This document shows, in pieces, positions 61,738-64,000 of a stretch of DNA of 64,000 bases (the stretch's first letter is position 1; each line of letters starts with the position of its first letter). The notes under the pieces were generated by a model that ran no database searches, was not told the origin of the DNA, and saw nothing but the letters and a program-made list of their open reading frames with translations. The translations under genes and the position numbers were made by a program. This DNA comes from Cyanophora paradoxa CCMP329 (taxonomy: Eukaryota; Plantae; Glaucophyta), in the NCBI GenBank assembly GCA_004431415.1, contig QPMI01000432.1, forward strand, positions 372,001 through 436,000. Reading direction: 5' to 3'.

Positions 61738-62741
61738 CCCCGGCCCCCGGCCCCCCTGATCGTACCTCACGGCGCGCTCGTGGGAAAGCAGCACGGCGCA
61801 ACGGCTCAGCAATGTGCCACCGGCTCTGAGGCCGCTACTGACGACGGCGAGCGAGGCGACGTCTGCGCCCCGCTCCGCCAGCGCCAGGAAAGCGTCGACG
61901 TGCCCTGCCTCTGCAGCCTCCGATAGGGCGCTCCGCATCCGCTCGAGCTCCTCGTCCTCCGGATCCCGGCCAAGGGCCGTGCACGTGCCTCCGATGGCGC
62001 AGGCGCGGGCGCGGGACACAGGGCTCCGATGTCTGCACCCAGATCGAGGAGGGCGCGGATGACTTCCACGTGCCCCGCTCGGGCGGCGGCATGCAGGGCG
62101 ACGCCTCTAGCTCCGGGTCCGGCGCGTCGACGTCGCCATCCCCCCGGTAGCCGTGCAAAGGGGCGCCCAGCTCGGCAAGCGCTCGCACAGCCCCGCATGG
62201 CCGCACGCCGCCGCCAGGCGGATCAGCGACGTCAACTTGAGGTTCTTGCGGCCCGCGGTGCTCTCGAGCTCCTCCTGAAGGGGCGCAGCGCTAACCGGAG
62301 CGCTCACGTCGAGTCCCGCTGCCGCGAGGGCCCTGCGATCATAATTATATAAGCGAGCAGATGTTAGAAATACGTACGGTCATCAATCGACAGGCGGCAG
62401 CCGAGGACAGCGTGGCAGATCGCGCACCTCAGAACATCTACGGCGCCCGCCTCAGCTGCGGCGTGTCCAGCGGCGGAGAGCAGTTTTCGATATCGATCAG
62501 GAGGCGTGCTTGGGTCTGAATTCGCGAGAAGATCCCTGTGCGAGTGATTGGCGCCAGCGCGGCGGGCCGCTAATCAAAAGCTCAAGCAGCGGTACCTCAT
62601 CCGAGACACGTCGCCTGCGGCTGCGGATCGGACGAAGCTGAGTCGCGCGTCCTCCTGTGCTGCAGCTGGCGACACCTTCGAGTCCGCCTCGTAGTCGGAA
62701 GGAACGTAGTCCGGGCTTTCCTCGGACTGCATCGATATCAT
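55204..62741 (-). CDS. Ankyrin-repeat protein with C-terminal tandem TIR domains; apparent single-base frameshifts in the 5' part
   Basis: Many ankyrin motifs (LHAAARAGHVEVIRALLDLGAD, TALYAAAGGGHVEVVMELLDAGA, SALHTAVLRGDLPLLRALL, GRTPLYHAV), followed by two TIR_2-like domains at about 57160-56410 and 56230-55390. Confidence 0.72.
61673..61735. repeat. 63-nt poly(C)/poly(G) homopolymer inside an intron of the ankyrin gene
   Basis: Uninterrupted C run on the + strand. Confidence 0.9.
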
Positions 62742-63109
62742 AGTATCGCTGGACTGGCGCCGCGGCCGGCGTCCAGATCAGAGGAACCGGTGTTATGCGA
62801 TGCTGGCGTCGCCTAGCTATATAGCGGCCTATATAGCTAGGCCTGCCGACTGCGCATGCATATCACCGCAGCATCATGGCATATGCCGCGCTAGGCAGCT
62901 GAGGCAACCTCAGCCTGCCTAGGCCTCATTGTTTTTCTGCCGCAGTGCCTTGCTGAAATTAAATTGGTGTCGACGTCTTGGAAACGATCTTATATATATA
63001 CTATATGATAACTGTTTTATTGTGCACTGTAATTATAAGAATATAAGCAGTTGATCTTATCACCCCACCCCCTCAAGCCCCACTCCTAGCCTGGAGCCGA
63101 CCCCCCAGC

Positions 63110-64000
63110 CAGTGTCACCGACCGGCTGGCCGTCCGATAAAGCCGAAAAGGCTGGCCCGGCTGGTCAACAAATCGGGCGGCTGGGCCATGGCCAGCCTAA
63201 AAGTCCAAAACCAGCCAGCCAGCTGTTCGGCCGGGCCGCTGGCCAGTGCCCTAGTCGGCGCCGGCCCGGCGCCGGGCCGCCGGGCCGGGCCGGGCCGCCC
63301 GGCCGGTGGTCCGGCGGTGGATCGATATCGCCGAGTCGGATCGATATCGGAGCCTCGGAGGTCCGACGGACTCCGGGAGGTCCCCGGGAGGATCATCGTC
63401 GATTCATCGATATCCGATATGATCGCCCATTGATCGGGAGGATGATGCCGGCACCGGGCAGCCGGCGTCCGGACGGTCATGCCGCCATATGCATACTGTA
63501 GAACTAGTTAAATTAGTACAGGAAAATAATTAGTACTTTGCCAAAACTGCTTGTATGGGCGGTAATATTGGGGGTATACTGTATGGAACGACCTCTCAGC
63601 ACGTAATTACCGCGGTACCAAATTACCGCGTTTAACAAATTCTCGGCGCGGTAATTTGGTACCGCGGTAATTAAGTGAGCGCGGTATTATAGTGCCACAC
63701 CAGCGTACCGTACTACGGTACTTAGGGTTCCGGGCCGAAATTTCGGCCAGCCGAAATTTCCGAAAGATTCCGAATTTTGGCCATGGGGGTTGGGGACCTT
63801 CTGGCCAGTTCAGGGGGCCCTGAGGGGGAAGGACTCCGGAGGAGCACGTGAGTGAGGCCCTAAGGGGCCCGGGCGCCGGGCGGCGGGCGCCGGGCGGCGG
63901 CGGCCGCGGCGCCGGCGGCCCGGCGGGCCGGCACCAACTTGGGGTGCGCGCGCGGGGGCGGGGAGTCGGGGACTGGCTAACTTCGTCCGTAGGCACTGCT
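63110..64000. mobile_element. Possible DNA-transposon/MITE ends or remnants
   Basis: Non-coding region with CAGTG- (63110) and TAGGG- (63723) starts followed by reiterated subterminal-like motifs (ggctggcc, ccgaaatttc) and inverted repeats; no transposase, partner TIR or TSD seen. Confidence 0.3.
63604..63673. repeat. Perfect 27-bp inverted repeat with a 16-nt spacer
   Basis: TAATTACCGCGGTACCAAATTACCGCG (63604-63630) and its exact reverse complement (63647-63673). Confidence 0.95.

Overview
GC-rich, gene-dense eukaryotic nuclear DNA with many short (about 50-100 nt) spliceosomal introns (donors mostly gtgcgc/gtacgc/gtccgc, acceptors cgcag). The six-frame ORF track is therefore mostly misleading, and I assembled the genes by hand across introns. 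Three clues point to a flagellated glaucophyte such as Cyanophora (inference): a nucleus-encoded plastid ATP synthase gamma subunit without the green-lineage redox insert, Phe-motif transit peptides (MAAF, MSAAF) and ciliary genes. About 23 genes lie in almost strictly alternating orientation: filamin/PKD-repeat protein, sepiapterin reductase, UDP-glucose-dehydrogenase-family enzyme, two-Kazal inhibitor, atpC, STPG/SHIPPO protein, XRCC1, PSRP6-like protein, SET methyltransferase, ornithine decarboxylase antizyme, PTB, SPOC-OB-RS protein, ACR2/Cdc25-like rhodanese, NBR1-like protein, NPHP3-like protein, an SDR, DUF2997, B12D/NDUFA4, F-box/LRR, an ankyrin-TIR-TIR protein and three hypothetical genes. 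The main finding is an antizyme gene (22152-23063) that needs a +1 ribosomal frameshift at UUU-UGA, followed by a strong stem-loop that is brought next to the stop only after two introns are removed. The second is an ankyrin-repeat protein ending in tandem TIR domains, one with and one without the catalytic Glu. All gene models and domain calls come from reading the sequence; no searches were run.
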